A stretch of DNA of 12,845 nucleotides from Azolla caroliniana (GCA_043228905.1 JBHGNT010001026.1:1-12845); one strand, 5' to 3'; positions 1 to 9,184 are shown, counted from the first letter of the stretch. The notes: generated by a model not told the origin, from the sequence alone. Translations and numbers: made by a program.

Positions 1-853
1 AAGATTATCCATGGATCGAGGCATTGAATCATTACATCTCAAATTTTTAAGTGCATGGTCAGATGTAACTCATTGTCATAAACATGCCCATTGCAAATAT
101 GTGCATAAATCAAGGAATCCTTGTCCCAACATGGTACACATGTGGATAGTATTCAACAAATATTATTATAGGAAACTTTAGTGCGCATACGTATTGGTTC
201 AAGTTTTGTAGATCGAAAACCTGAAGCCATCCACTAATGGATATGCATTCATGTAACAGTGCTTGATTGTACTAGTTTGAAGGTTGAGGACTTTGAGAGG
301 GAGATGCCAAGAGATTAAATTTATCACTTCACGTTAACATTCTTAACATATTTAATGGAGGTACATATGCAATGTTACATATAAGTCAATTTAATACACG
401 AGCTAACAAACCAAATACACCAACTTTATGTCTAATTTCACACTACCCTTTTTCATGACTTCCATCGAGTTACAAAACTTGACCTTGGAATACTATGGTT
501 TAGCACTTCAAATCATTAACACATGAATAGTTGAAATAAAATCATTAGCATATTAGTAATGGAAAATTCATTAGTCTAATCAACATGTATAACCCTTGTA
601 ATACATGCACATGATGTACCTTCAGTGCTTGGGGTAGAATGAAGTAGAAAATAAATTACATGATGAATCGTCTATAGTAAGACATACATGGTTGTTTATA
701 TCATTTGAAGGATGGCATGACACTTACTTTGAAAAAATCATTTAAATTAAGCTTGTTTGAAATTTACTTTTCTATAGAAACGGTGTGACACTTGTTTGGG
801 AAAACGAGCATGATTCATGCATTGATGATACTGCACTACATATTTTTTTAGTA

Positions 854-894
854 CTAGATTTACATATTTCTCACGACCTAGCGAGATGCGTGAG
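854..894 (-). mobile_element. Possible Helitron 3' terminus
   Basis: Minus-strand hairpin CTCACG-c-ATCT-cgct-AGGT-CGTGAG (894-870), 12-nt spacer, then CTAG (857-854) followed by T. The 5' TC end cannot be identified. Confidence 0.33.
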
Positions 895-2046
895 TGGTCA
901 TAGTTAATGTCACCAATGTCTCGAAAAACGAATAGATGGGTAATTTATAATTCCTTGTCAAGCTAAAAGGGGAACATGTTTTTTTAATGTGGTTAGATAG
1001 CTACTTGAATGAGGAATGAAATTTCAAGTTAATTTCAAAGTGAACTCATTATATTTCGATAAATGCATAGGTAATAGTGAGGATTGGATTAGATGCGAGG
1101 GAGAGAAAGAAACATAAACGATTTACCTTGTACATATTTAAGTAGAGACCTATACAATTGCTTTAATTGGGATGTTAAAAAATGGGTATAAAGTATAGAA
1201 TACAATACATACCTTCAATTGTTAGTTTTTCAAATTTGTGCTCATTTGAGTCTATTTTGGCATGATCTCATAAGGCTCGGTAAAAACGCTACGATTTCAT
1301 GCAATTTTGCAAGACAACGTTTAGAAGAAACAAGTCAAGAGATATTGAGCTCATCTCGATTTGTAAATAAAGAAAACACACAAGCGTTTCTATATTATAA
1401 GGATGTTATAAAGAGTTATCTACTAAGAAAGTGTCCTAAAAGTAATGTGGCTTTTAATAGGCGTTTGAGTTTGGATATAGATAATAGGATCTAAGCTTAT
1501 ATCAATTATATGAATGAAGACATATAGGTCACTTGGCAAGGATGATTTCTTGGTGAAAAACAAGAAGGATATATGTATAGACATGGCAATATTCTTCTAG
1601 TTTGGCATGATATCAATACACAACGTTCAATTTCTCATGTAAATTTTCTTGCTTGTCCTTGAAGAGAAAAAGAAATGAAGATTCTAAACTACCAATCCGA
1701 AGTGAAACAATCACATTATTGGTCCTTAAAAAAATGAGCACCAAACCTATGTCTTAACTAAAGGAATACTATTAAACTTGAAGGCAAAAATTACCAAAAT
1801 ATGATCACATATACATACATTGCAAATGTATACTTGTTTAGTTTAAAAAATATCGAAGTACGCTTGCTTCCATAATCTCCAATTAAGCACCATTGTATAT
1901 CAACAAAAATCTATGGTAAAATGTCAACATTTTGTAGTAAGGCATCATTAGCTACAATTTATATTATGCTTACTATTCAAATCGAGACACCATTGTCCAC
2001 GGGAAACACACAAGCATTGGAACATCGATGATCCATCTCCCCTTGC

Positions 2047-2116
<70 letters not shown>
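2047..2116. repeat. Compound microsatellite (CT)7(CA)28
   Basis: Read directly from the sequence. Confidence 0.98.
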
Positions 2117-2117
<1 letters not shown>

Positions 2118-2459
2118 TACTAACATGCGTATTAACTCTCGTAGAGCCCTAACACTCCTACGCACTCGATCACACAACCTAGGTTTTGAAGTTGCGTTAT
2201 GAAATCAACTCTACACATTTTTACCATGTAAGTACAATATATTTGAGGCAAATGAATGCATGTAAGACGAGCAATTTTCATGGTTAGAAGTGTGGTAGTT
2301 GGTTAGGTAGAGTCCGTTATTGAGATAAATATAACTAGAAGGTCGAGAATCTTTCATGTGTAGAGAGAGTAAGTTAGAAGAGTTTGAGAACTTGCTTGAG
2401 AAAGATATTATAGATGCTCAATGGCTTTGCTTGAGAGAGAGAACATATTGAAACAATTC

Positions 2460-2477
2460 ATATATATATATATATAT

Positions 2478-2526
<49 letters not shown>
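2460..2526. repeat. Compound microsatellite (AT)9-ca-(GA)23
   Basis: Read directly: AT run 2460-2477, GA run 2481-2526. Confidence 0.98.
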
Positions 2527-2528
<2 letters not shown>

Positions 2529-4192
2529 TGCAAGTTGGCAAATTCATCGAAGAGAGAGACTTTATGAGAATAGTTTATTGGACGGCATAGTGTGGATGAG
2601 TGTACGGAGGTTCAAATGCCAATACCATTCGTGAGGGGGTTCACATTTTCACACATATCCTCATTTGCCCCCCCCATTGCCCTCAATGTTTGCATCGGTT
2701 TGCCCACCTCCATTTGGACGGTGAATTCCTCCCTCTCCCCTCAACAAGATGCATTCCGTAAGAGCCTTCTAACATTTTTGTTGCACATGGCTCACTTGCT
2801 ACCATTCGAAGTGTGCTCAATGCGCATCCTCTGATTGGACTTGAGGCTATTAACTATGATTTTTTGGTATGTACGTACAAAGTCAATTCCTTCCTTGGAC
2901 CATCATGTATGTGGTAAAGTTTCTTACTTCCCATTTTTAATGTCTCTTGGAACGTGCCAACAACTTTATTGTTCTTATTTTCACATTCGTAATTCATCCA
3001 ATCATGGCCTACTTGCAACTCCACTTTTTGAGTATTTCACACTTGCTTTGTTCGTAATGCAATTCTAAGATAACCTAACTAACAATTGCGTGGCACTTAA
3101 GCATACACTTATTGTTATTCAACTAAAGATGAAGACCACAATATGTTATGATCATTCTTCAATTTTTATTTGAAATGATATGAAGCCTTTGCATCATATT
3201 CTATCCCTGAATTGGAAGGATTGAGACATGCTACACGGCACTACATTGCATGAAAGAAAGATACAACAAATAAACCTTTCACACATTCTTTTAGGCATAC
3301 CGAGTTTATTGTGCTGATATTTTTCTATTTGTTCTTGCAAATTACTCTTATATACATGATTAAACATTCATTTTGTACACATATATATACATGTATGTAG
3401 TAACTTGTATGTGCCCTTGGAAGTAACAAATAGATCGCTTCATGCAAGAGATGCTAAAAACCGCTCTATATTTATGTTGGCTCTAGTACTCAATTGGAAT
3501 TCCATACAAAGGGAACAAAGACTACAATATTACATTCTTGTAGATTGTTTGAACACCGACCTTTTGCATTGTCACCATTTTTGCTCAGTTATTGTACCTT
3601 TGATCGATTTTCTCTTGTTTGAAATCTTTCATAGAAAAGGAAGTTTTTTAACTAACTTGTTTGTTGATCATATATCTTGCATGGCAATGGCTCAAACCTA
3701 GGTCCTTATTGGGTCATCCAAGTTTCAATGCAAAAACATCTTAAAACCACACAATGATAAAGGATGTTGATGGCTTGTTTTCTTTTGCATTAAAATTTCC
3801 ATTTGCATGATGATCTACACTTCAAACCCCTATTTTTTCTATGATGTTAGTTTTAGGATCTTGAAACAAATCTAGTTTGAACAAGACAACATTGCCACAA
3901 TACAACGTGAAAGCATTGATTTTATATGCATATCATATTCAAGACTTCTTCAAATATCCCTACCAATTTGAAAAACTTATATTTTAGCCATATAAGGGTG
4001 GTGTTTTAAAATCTTGTGCTTTAAAGTTTAAACCTCAATGTTGTAAGTTCATGTTAGTTTCAATTAAAAAATATGTTACATATCTAATTTAAGATCATGC
4101 ACAATGAAAAGTTGTTCCTAAACAACTGGCTTCACATTCTCCTCTAGTAAACTAGCCAACAATTCCAAAAATATGGTTAAGTAAATCATTAT

Positions 4193-5015
4193 TGTTGGGG
4201 AAGCACAAGACAATACCACTCACTCTTCCACACTAAAGCTAACAAATCTTTTCCCCACTTGTGTTGTAAAATAGAAGACAGTAATCAAAACCAAAACTAA
4301 TCTTGACAGCAATTTGGCAATAAACTCCACACTTGAACACTAACAAGATCAAAGAGACACGAGATTTACGTGGCAAACCCCGATGTGGGGTAAAACCACG
4401 GGACCGTTTACAACGCACCAAAATTCCACTAATAAACATTAATCCAGTGGGTACAACAGGTTTTCATCCGTAGTTCATAACTAGAGACTTTACAATCTTC
4501 AAGGTAAGTCTTTGGATCAACAAATCTCTACAAATCATCACATATAGTGGCAAATTTCACAAATTCATAAAATCTGATCAGAGTAGAATCTATGAAGATA
4601 GAGAGATCAAAAAACAATAATCCGAATTGTTGGATTTGAAGAAGATAGTATCAGGAACAAGTCATTAAACTTTGGCCACGATCGGAGGTCGTTTGGTCAT
4701 CGATTGAGGCAAGAATAGTTGGCTACTCTGCATCTATCTTCTATCCCTCTCTCTCTTTTCTTTCTTGCTGCATGTTCTTTTTAGTATATTCTCAAAAAAC
4801 AGAAATAGTAATAATAATAAGGGTTATGTTTCTAAAAAACCCCTTATTACCCCTAAGAAAAAACCTAGTATAAGTAGAAACTTTAAACGAGCCCTTTACA
4901 TACTAATTTGGACCCATTACAACATACACATCCACATACTAATGTGGCTAAAAAAAACATAGACCCAATGAAATATTTGGACCTCTTCCTCCATGTAGGA
5001 GGGAAGAACCCAACA
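4193..5015 (-). mobile_element. Solo LTR (823 bp), probably Ty1/copia
   Basis: Termini TGTTGGG (4193) and CCCAACA (5015) form a 7-bp inverted repeat with TG...CA ends. Identical 5-bp TSDs ATTAT flank it at 4188-4192 and 5016-5020. It contains the GATTTACGTGG-AAACCCC...GGGGTAAAACCACGGG hairpin motif (~4363-4402) familiar from plant copia LTRs. No internal domain or adjacent PBS/PPT. Strand and superfamily are inferred. Confidence 0.9.
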
Positions 5016-6294
5016 ATTATAACTCACAAGAGGTTCTTAAAGCTAATAAAACATAATGTCAAATGACTCTACAATTCATTTAAACAGTTAAAATCATAGT
5101 TTCAAACTTGATCAATGACAAACTACGAAACCAATACAATTCTATTTTGAAACTAAGCCAACCCCAACCCTAAAGCAATTTTCGGTTTTGAAACTAGCGG
5201 AGCGGCATCAGTTAGAGTCTGACAATTTAGTGTCGCACTAATATATATTGTTAAGGTTAGTGACTACCCACACAAGCAACTTGTAGTTAACATTAGCTTT
5301 TTATTAAGACTTTAAAGTGGAGAGAATATTCAAACAAAGTATATTAGCAACATGTTTATATTATATAGACAAGATTCTTATGTTGTTTATATTTCCTCCG
5401 CTTCAATTATTGTGAAATAATCTAGTATTTTGTATAAATCTTTGTACTAAATATCAAGACTTGAAATCAAGCCTTCCATTTCAGTTCTTGTAATATATTC
5501 TTTAATGTGTATTCAAGTCATTTGAAAAGTTCATGACAATTTGGTAGCATTCATCATGGTGGATATAGCTTCTACATACAAAAGAGTCTGGCTTTTGGAA
5601 AATTGATGTTCATGATGATGAAGGTTCTTAATTTTGTGAATGGTTATCACATTGGCATGCCAAACTGGTCATATGTAAAGGATTCTAAGGATTGACAGTG
5701 CACGCATTTGTATCAATGAAAGACAAGGAAAACCCTTTATCCAATGCTTCAAACTCTCGCCATACAATATAAGAGCTTACGCCTAAAAACAGAGTTTCTT
5801 TGTCATTTAAATTTTAGCATCTCTTGTAGATTGTCATGCCGCATTACTGGTGGGTGTTATTTACCCATTCCTTTGGCAGTTAGCCATTGTTAGTGACGAT
5901 TTCAGTTTAAACATCAATTAAGAATACTTCCGTAAGGTCATATCCATGAAGAAACCAGAGCATAAGTAACACATTACAATACTCAATAGAATGAAGTGAA
6001 GTAAATATCATGACAATGAACATATCGAAATTAGTAGAACAAAATTCCGAGCGTTACAAATTACCAAAATCTACCAAATCAACAATCTTGTGTCTGTTTT
6101 GTATGCCTACCAAAACTCAAGAGTAAAGTAAAAGAGGGATTTTTAAGTGATCAAACCTATATATTTTCTTCCTTGTCCACTATAAAAGCACAAAATTTAT
6201 ATGCCATCAGAATATAAAGAATTAGCCTAAAACAAAATAAATAGTTAGCCAAAAGCATCAGCTACCAAATAAGCTAAAAAATTTAGGTTTTTCT

Positions 6295-6636
6295 TTAATC
6301 AGTGAGCTCCATGATGGCAGAAACTATATCTCTGTTCGCCGATCGCAAAGCTAAAACAGCTTTAGATCGTGAAACACGAGCTTGTGTCATAACAAGTTCA
6401 ATATCCTTTGGTTCTATACCAGACTCATCTACCTCTTCATCTTCTTCTAGCTCCAAATCACCTGATGGTTCTATTGTTCTTGTGATTTCATGTGCAAGAT
6501 CAGGTGCCTTGATTTGCTTAGCAGCTTGTGTTTGTAGCTGAAAGCTTAAATCTTCAATTTTTGCTTCCCCAAAAACTATGTGAGTGTCTGATGCCAGACT
6601 CTTGAATCCATCGGGTTTTGATAATTCAAAGAGCAT
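6295..6636 (-). CDS. NACA: NAC alpha (nascent polypeptide-associated complex alpha)-like, terminal exon: C-terminal half of the NAC domain, linker and UBA domain
   Basis: The translation MLFELSKPDGFKSLASDTHIVFGEAKIEDLSFQLQTQAA...EEVDESGIEPKDIELVMTQARVSRSKAVLALRSANRDIVSAIMELTD* matches plant NACA as recalled (ILFVISKPDVFKSP.SDTY.IFGEAKIEDLS; EPKDIELVMTQAGVSR..AV.ALK...GDIVSAIMELT). It is immediately preceded on the minus strand by a canonical acceptor, ttattggatccTGCAG (AG at 6638-6637), at the phase-0 position where plant NACA genes typically have an intron. Confidence 0.93.
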   Translation of the reverse strand: MLFELSKPDGFKSLASDTHIVFGEAKIEDLSFQLQTQAAKQIKAPDLAHEITRTIEPSGDLELEEDEEVDESGIEPKDIELVMTQARVSRSKAVLALRSANRDIVSAIMELTD

Positions 6637-6669
6637 CTGCAGGATCCAATAAATAACAGTGAGATATTA

Positions 6670-6727
6670 CCTCCTTTTAATGGTAACTTCATTTATGGAC
6701 ATTCAATATTATTTTATTCCAAAGCTT
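6670..6727 (-). pseudogene. Degenerate relic of the NACA penultimate exon (KLGMK...V..VTIKR)
   Basis: The minus strand reads AAG CTT t GGA ATA AAA taa tat tga at GTC cat aaa tga a GTT ACC ATT AAA AGG, i.e. K L G I K ... V ... V T I K R with indels and stops. It sits just upstream of the terminal exon, where KLGMKPITGVSRVTIKR is expected. Confidence 0.45.
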
Positions 6728-6945
6728 TTGAATGAGAAGCGCACTTAGAAAATCATGATTCTAATTTCATAAATCTAACACTCATATTAAGGACAAAAAT
6801 TTAAATCTTCATAAAATTTGGGAATCTAACTTTTACCAAGCATATATTGGTAGTTTTTCAAAGACACAATGCACACTTCTGAATTCAAAAATCCACACAC
6901 ACATTTGTCTTAACATGTCTATGTACAGATATATATTACATATAC

Positions 6946-7005
6946 CTGTTTGTATGCATTGCTCAAATATATATTGTCATCAGGAGAGATCCGAACATAC
7001 AGATG
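6946..7005 (-). CDS. Possible 60-nt phase 0/0 internal exon (HLYVRISPDDNIYLSNAYKQ), no recognisable homology
   Basis: Pyrimidine tract ttttcttgatcctcttgagtctcacttgttcaaAG upstream, donor CAG|GTATAT at 6945-6944, 20 stop-free codons, frame-preserving. Supported by splice signals only. Confidence 0.25.
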
Positions 7006-7193
7006 CTTTGAACAAGTGAGACTCAAGAGGATCAAGAAAAATGATGTTAAATGATTATTGAGGCATCTTTTCTCAAAAGTTTTATAATTTGCCGTAAAAA
7101 TAGAACTACAAATTAAACAAACAGTCATGAAAAAGTTACTCCATTTTATTCGGGTGAAATGTAGTATCGAATTTCGATACTTCAAATTCTTTC

Positions 7194-7269
7194 ATGGTCT
7201 AACACCATACCTGTTTAAATATCATAATGGTTTAATACCATAAAAGATGATATCATGGTCTAATACCAT
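7194..7269. repeat. Three copies of the dyad motif ATGGT-N5-ACCAT in the NACA intron
   Basis: ATGGTctaacACCAT 7194-7208, ATGGTttaatACCAT 7227-7241, ATGGTctaatACCAT 7255-7269. Confidence 0.8.
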
Positions 7270-8277
7270 AACAATCAGTACAAGGCAATTACAGATTTAA
7301 AGATTCCAAGTAAACTCTGCTGTTTCTAAATTTGTGTAAATAGATTAAGAAGTCATTAGAAGTCTGTGTAATCATGCAACGGAAATGGTATAGAATGGGT
7401 TTATCAGTTTTAAGTAGCTTGATCAATTGATTAAAATTTCAAACAATTTCCTGTGAGTGACAGAGAGACTCAAGTTTCTTCAATTGAGAGCAAATTCTGT
7501 GCAAGCCACAGGTAAGGAAGCAAGATAGTGCAAGAACATGATCTAAAACCCCCACAAGTGAATATAATAATCTCATAATTGATTTCATGGGTTCAGGCAT
7601 TTCCATAACAGTCTATATTAAGTCGAATTTGCCTTCTCAATTGTAGTAAAGACCAAAAATTCTCTGCTAGATACAATTCTAACTACCTTCAGCAACATGA
7701 GATGAATTAAAACTGTGTACACATGGGAAGTCCTAAATAAGGTGTCACGTTGGCTGATTTAATGCCGAAAGCAAAAACAGTTATGTTTCTTTTGACATCC
7801 AAAACACAAACACCTGTGCATAAAAAGCAAGAGGCAGATTCGGTCTTTTTCCCAGAGAAAGAGAAAAGCAAATATCTAGCAGAATCATTACAAACAAAAA
7901 CGAAACAAGAAAATGCAAAAGAGGTTGTTGGCCGCGGCTAGAATCAAAGAGCAAATAGAAAAGAGCCAAAGAAAATGGTTATTTTGTTCGATTCTGAAAG
8001 AGAATATGATTCTTGTTATAAAAGAAAACTTACTTGGAGAGACAAGACAACAAAAAAAAAAAAGGGGAGCAAAGTCTCGCGGGCAATAAAAAGAAGTTCT
8101 AAATTCTTCTATCGTGGAAGTGAGGGGCAGGAACCAGGTCGAAAGGAGAGAACAAAGACGAAGGAAACATACATTGCATGCATGGAAGCTGAAGTATTGA
8201 GGAAGAAAAGGGAGCTTTCGATAAATCTATCTCAGAGAGGGAGGGGAAGAAAGGAGTTTTGGAGAGAGGGTAGGTAC

Positions 8278-8346
8278 CATGAGCGTCTGATATCGGAGCT
8301 CTGCGGAGATATCTGCGGAGATATCTGCTGCGTTTCCGACGGTCAT
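8278..8346 (-). CDS. NACA: Probable first coding exon of the NACA-like gene (MTVGNAADISADISAELRYQTLM)
   Basis: ATG at 8346, 23 codons, then a phase-0 donor ATG|GTACCT (GT at 8277-8276) followed by CT/T-rich intron-like sequence. It lies in a GC/CpG-richer island downstream of a TATA box and CTT-rich leader. Removing a 12-bp duplication gives a 19-aa peptide resembling short plant NACA N-termini (MT....E.LAA.L..Q.L type). Phase is compatible with the terminal exon. Confidence 0.6.
8300..8328. repeat. In-frame 12-bp tandem duplication (TCTGCGGAGATA x2.4) in exon 1
   Basis: tctgcggagata tctgcggagata tctgc; encodes ADIS-ADIS-A on the minus strand. Confidence 0.9.
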
Positions 8347-8434
8347 CTCTGCAGTCGATGATCGATCAGAGACGGAGGAAGCGGACGGCAGAAGAAGAAG
8401 ACGAAGACGAAGAAGAAGAAGAAATAGACAGGCA

Positions 8435-8462
8435 AAAACGCAAAACGCAAAACGCAAAACGC
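8435..8462. repeat. Perfect heptamer tandem repeat (AAAACGC)4 in the putative 5' UTR
   Basis: Four exact copies at 8435, 8442, 8449 and 8456, adjacent to a (GAA/GAC)n tract at ~8390-8423. Confidence 0.95.
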
Positions 8463-8508
8463 TTTCCATTCACACACATACATATACATATATATATATA
8501 TGATAATA

Positions 8509-8522
8509 TCTATATATAGAGG
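8509..8522 (-). promoter_or_regulatory. Candidate TATA box of the NACA-like gene
   Basis: Minus strand reads CCTCTATATATAGA, about 170 nt upstream of the ATG at 8346, followed by a pyrimidine-rich (CTT)n leader typical of plant 5' UTRs. Confidence 0.5.
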
Positions 8523-8630
8523 TTCAACCTTGACCGTCCGATTCAACCCCTGACTTCCCATCCCCACCGCTCGCTCACCCTTCTCTCCTTCTTCCTTCCT
8601 CTCTTTCATTCAAACATACGATAGAATCAA

Positions 8631-8865
8631 GGGAAAAGTATCGGGATGCCCCTGGAAGTTTCAAATTTACCAAACTACCCCTATCTCCAAAAAATTACAC
8701 TTTATAAAGTAATTATACACTCAAATCTACAAGCCCTATTTACCAAAAATGAAAGAAATGGACCCGAACTAGCACTATTTATCATAGGGGTAGTTTGGTA
8801 AATTTAGAACTTCCAGAGGCATTCTGGTAAATAGATGAACTTCCAGGGGTATGCTGCACTTGAAT
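8631..8865. mobile_element. Mutator-like (MULE) MITE / foldback element
   Basis: 39-bp inverted repeat 8646-8684 (atgcccctggaagtttcaaatttaccaaactacccctat) vs 8784-8822 with 3 mismatches. An extra tandem subrepeat occurs at ~8825-8854 (tggtaaatagatgaacttccaggggtatgc), and the left end is GGGAAAAGT. Outer boundaries are approximate and no clean TSD is visible. Confidence 0.7.
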
Positions 8866-8896
8866 ACGAGAGATATATATATAGAAGATAGCCCAA

Positions 8897-8960
8897 TTGG
8901 AACTCTCGAACCCAACGCCTCTTAAAGATTACTCGTCTAATAACTTACCACTAGGATAAG
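8897..8960 (-). mobile_element. Possible degenerate tRNA-derived SINE head
   Basis: Minus strand has an A-box-like TATCCTAGTGG (8958-8948) and a B-box-like GGTTCGAGAGTTCC (8912-8899), separated by about 35 nt. No intact cloverleaf. Confidence 0.35.
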
Positions 8961-8968
8961 GTAATTGC

Positions 8969-9001
8969 AAGAAGAAGAAGAAGAAGAAGAAGAAGAAGAA
9001 G
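8969..9001. repeat. Microsatellite (AAG)11
   Basis: Read directly from the sequence. Confidence 0.97.
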
Positions 9002-9104
9002 ACCCCTTCTTGATTGGCTTACCATGGTCGATCTATGAGAGTCTCATATATACATCTCTTTTAAACGTTCGCAAGAGATTGATTCCAATCTATGGAACAC
9101 TGCC

Positions 9105-9184
9105 TAGGCCATGGTGAGGCTCAAACTTGGTTTCTCTTGGTTTAATGACTTTGACGTGACGATGTACATCACCAAGCCAACCAC
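9105..9184 (-). mobile_element. Second possible degenerate tRNA-derived SINE head
   Basis: Minus strand reads gtggtTGGCTTGGTGA (A-box-like) ... AGTTTGAGCCTCACCATGG (B-box/T-arm-like, CpG-decayed GTTCGAGCC). Weak. Confidence 0.25.

Noticed and set aside
1219-1690. ORF 1219-1494 with FWHD and a weak echo (tttggcatgat) at ~1601; possible LINE remnant
   Set aside because: Non-ATG start, only an 11-bp exact match, and no further RT-associated motifs recognised.
1977-2177. ORF with a (CV)n Cys-rich run
   Set aside because: It is the translation of the (CA)28/(CT)7 microsatellite.
1913-2227. Short inverted match atggtaaaatgt / acattttttaccat around the (CA)n tract as MITE ends
   Set aside because: Only about 12 AT-rich bases with an indel and no TSD, consistent with chance.
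4239-4962. ORFs 4239-4439 and 4765-4962
   Set aside because: Both lie inside the non-coding solo LTR and have no gag/pol motifs.
6302-6541. Ser-rich + strand ORF
   Set aside because: It is the antisense shadow of the acidic NACA exon.
7687-7712. Possible 26-nt micro-exon on the minus strand (cag|TTTTAA...CTGAAG|gtagtt)
   Set aside because: Its length is not a multiple of 3, it has a stop in phase 0, and it shows no convincing NACA homology.
7750-8361. Lys/Arg-rich + strand ORFs (7750-7941, 7975-8361) and the hydrophobic minus ORF 7781-7969
   Set aside because: They are explained by the T/CT-rich first intron of the minus-strand gene and show no domain similarity.
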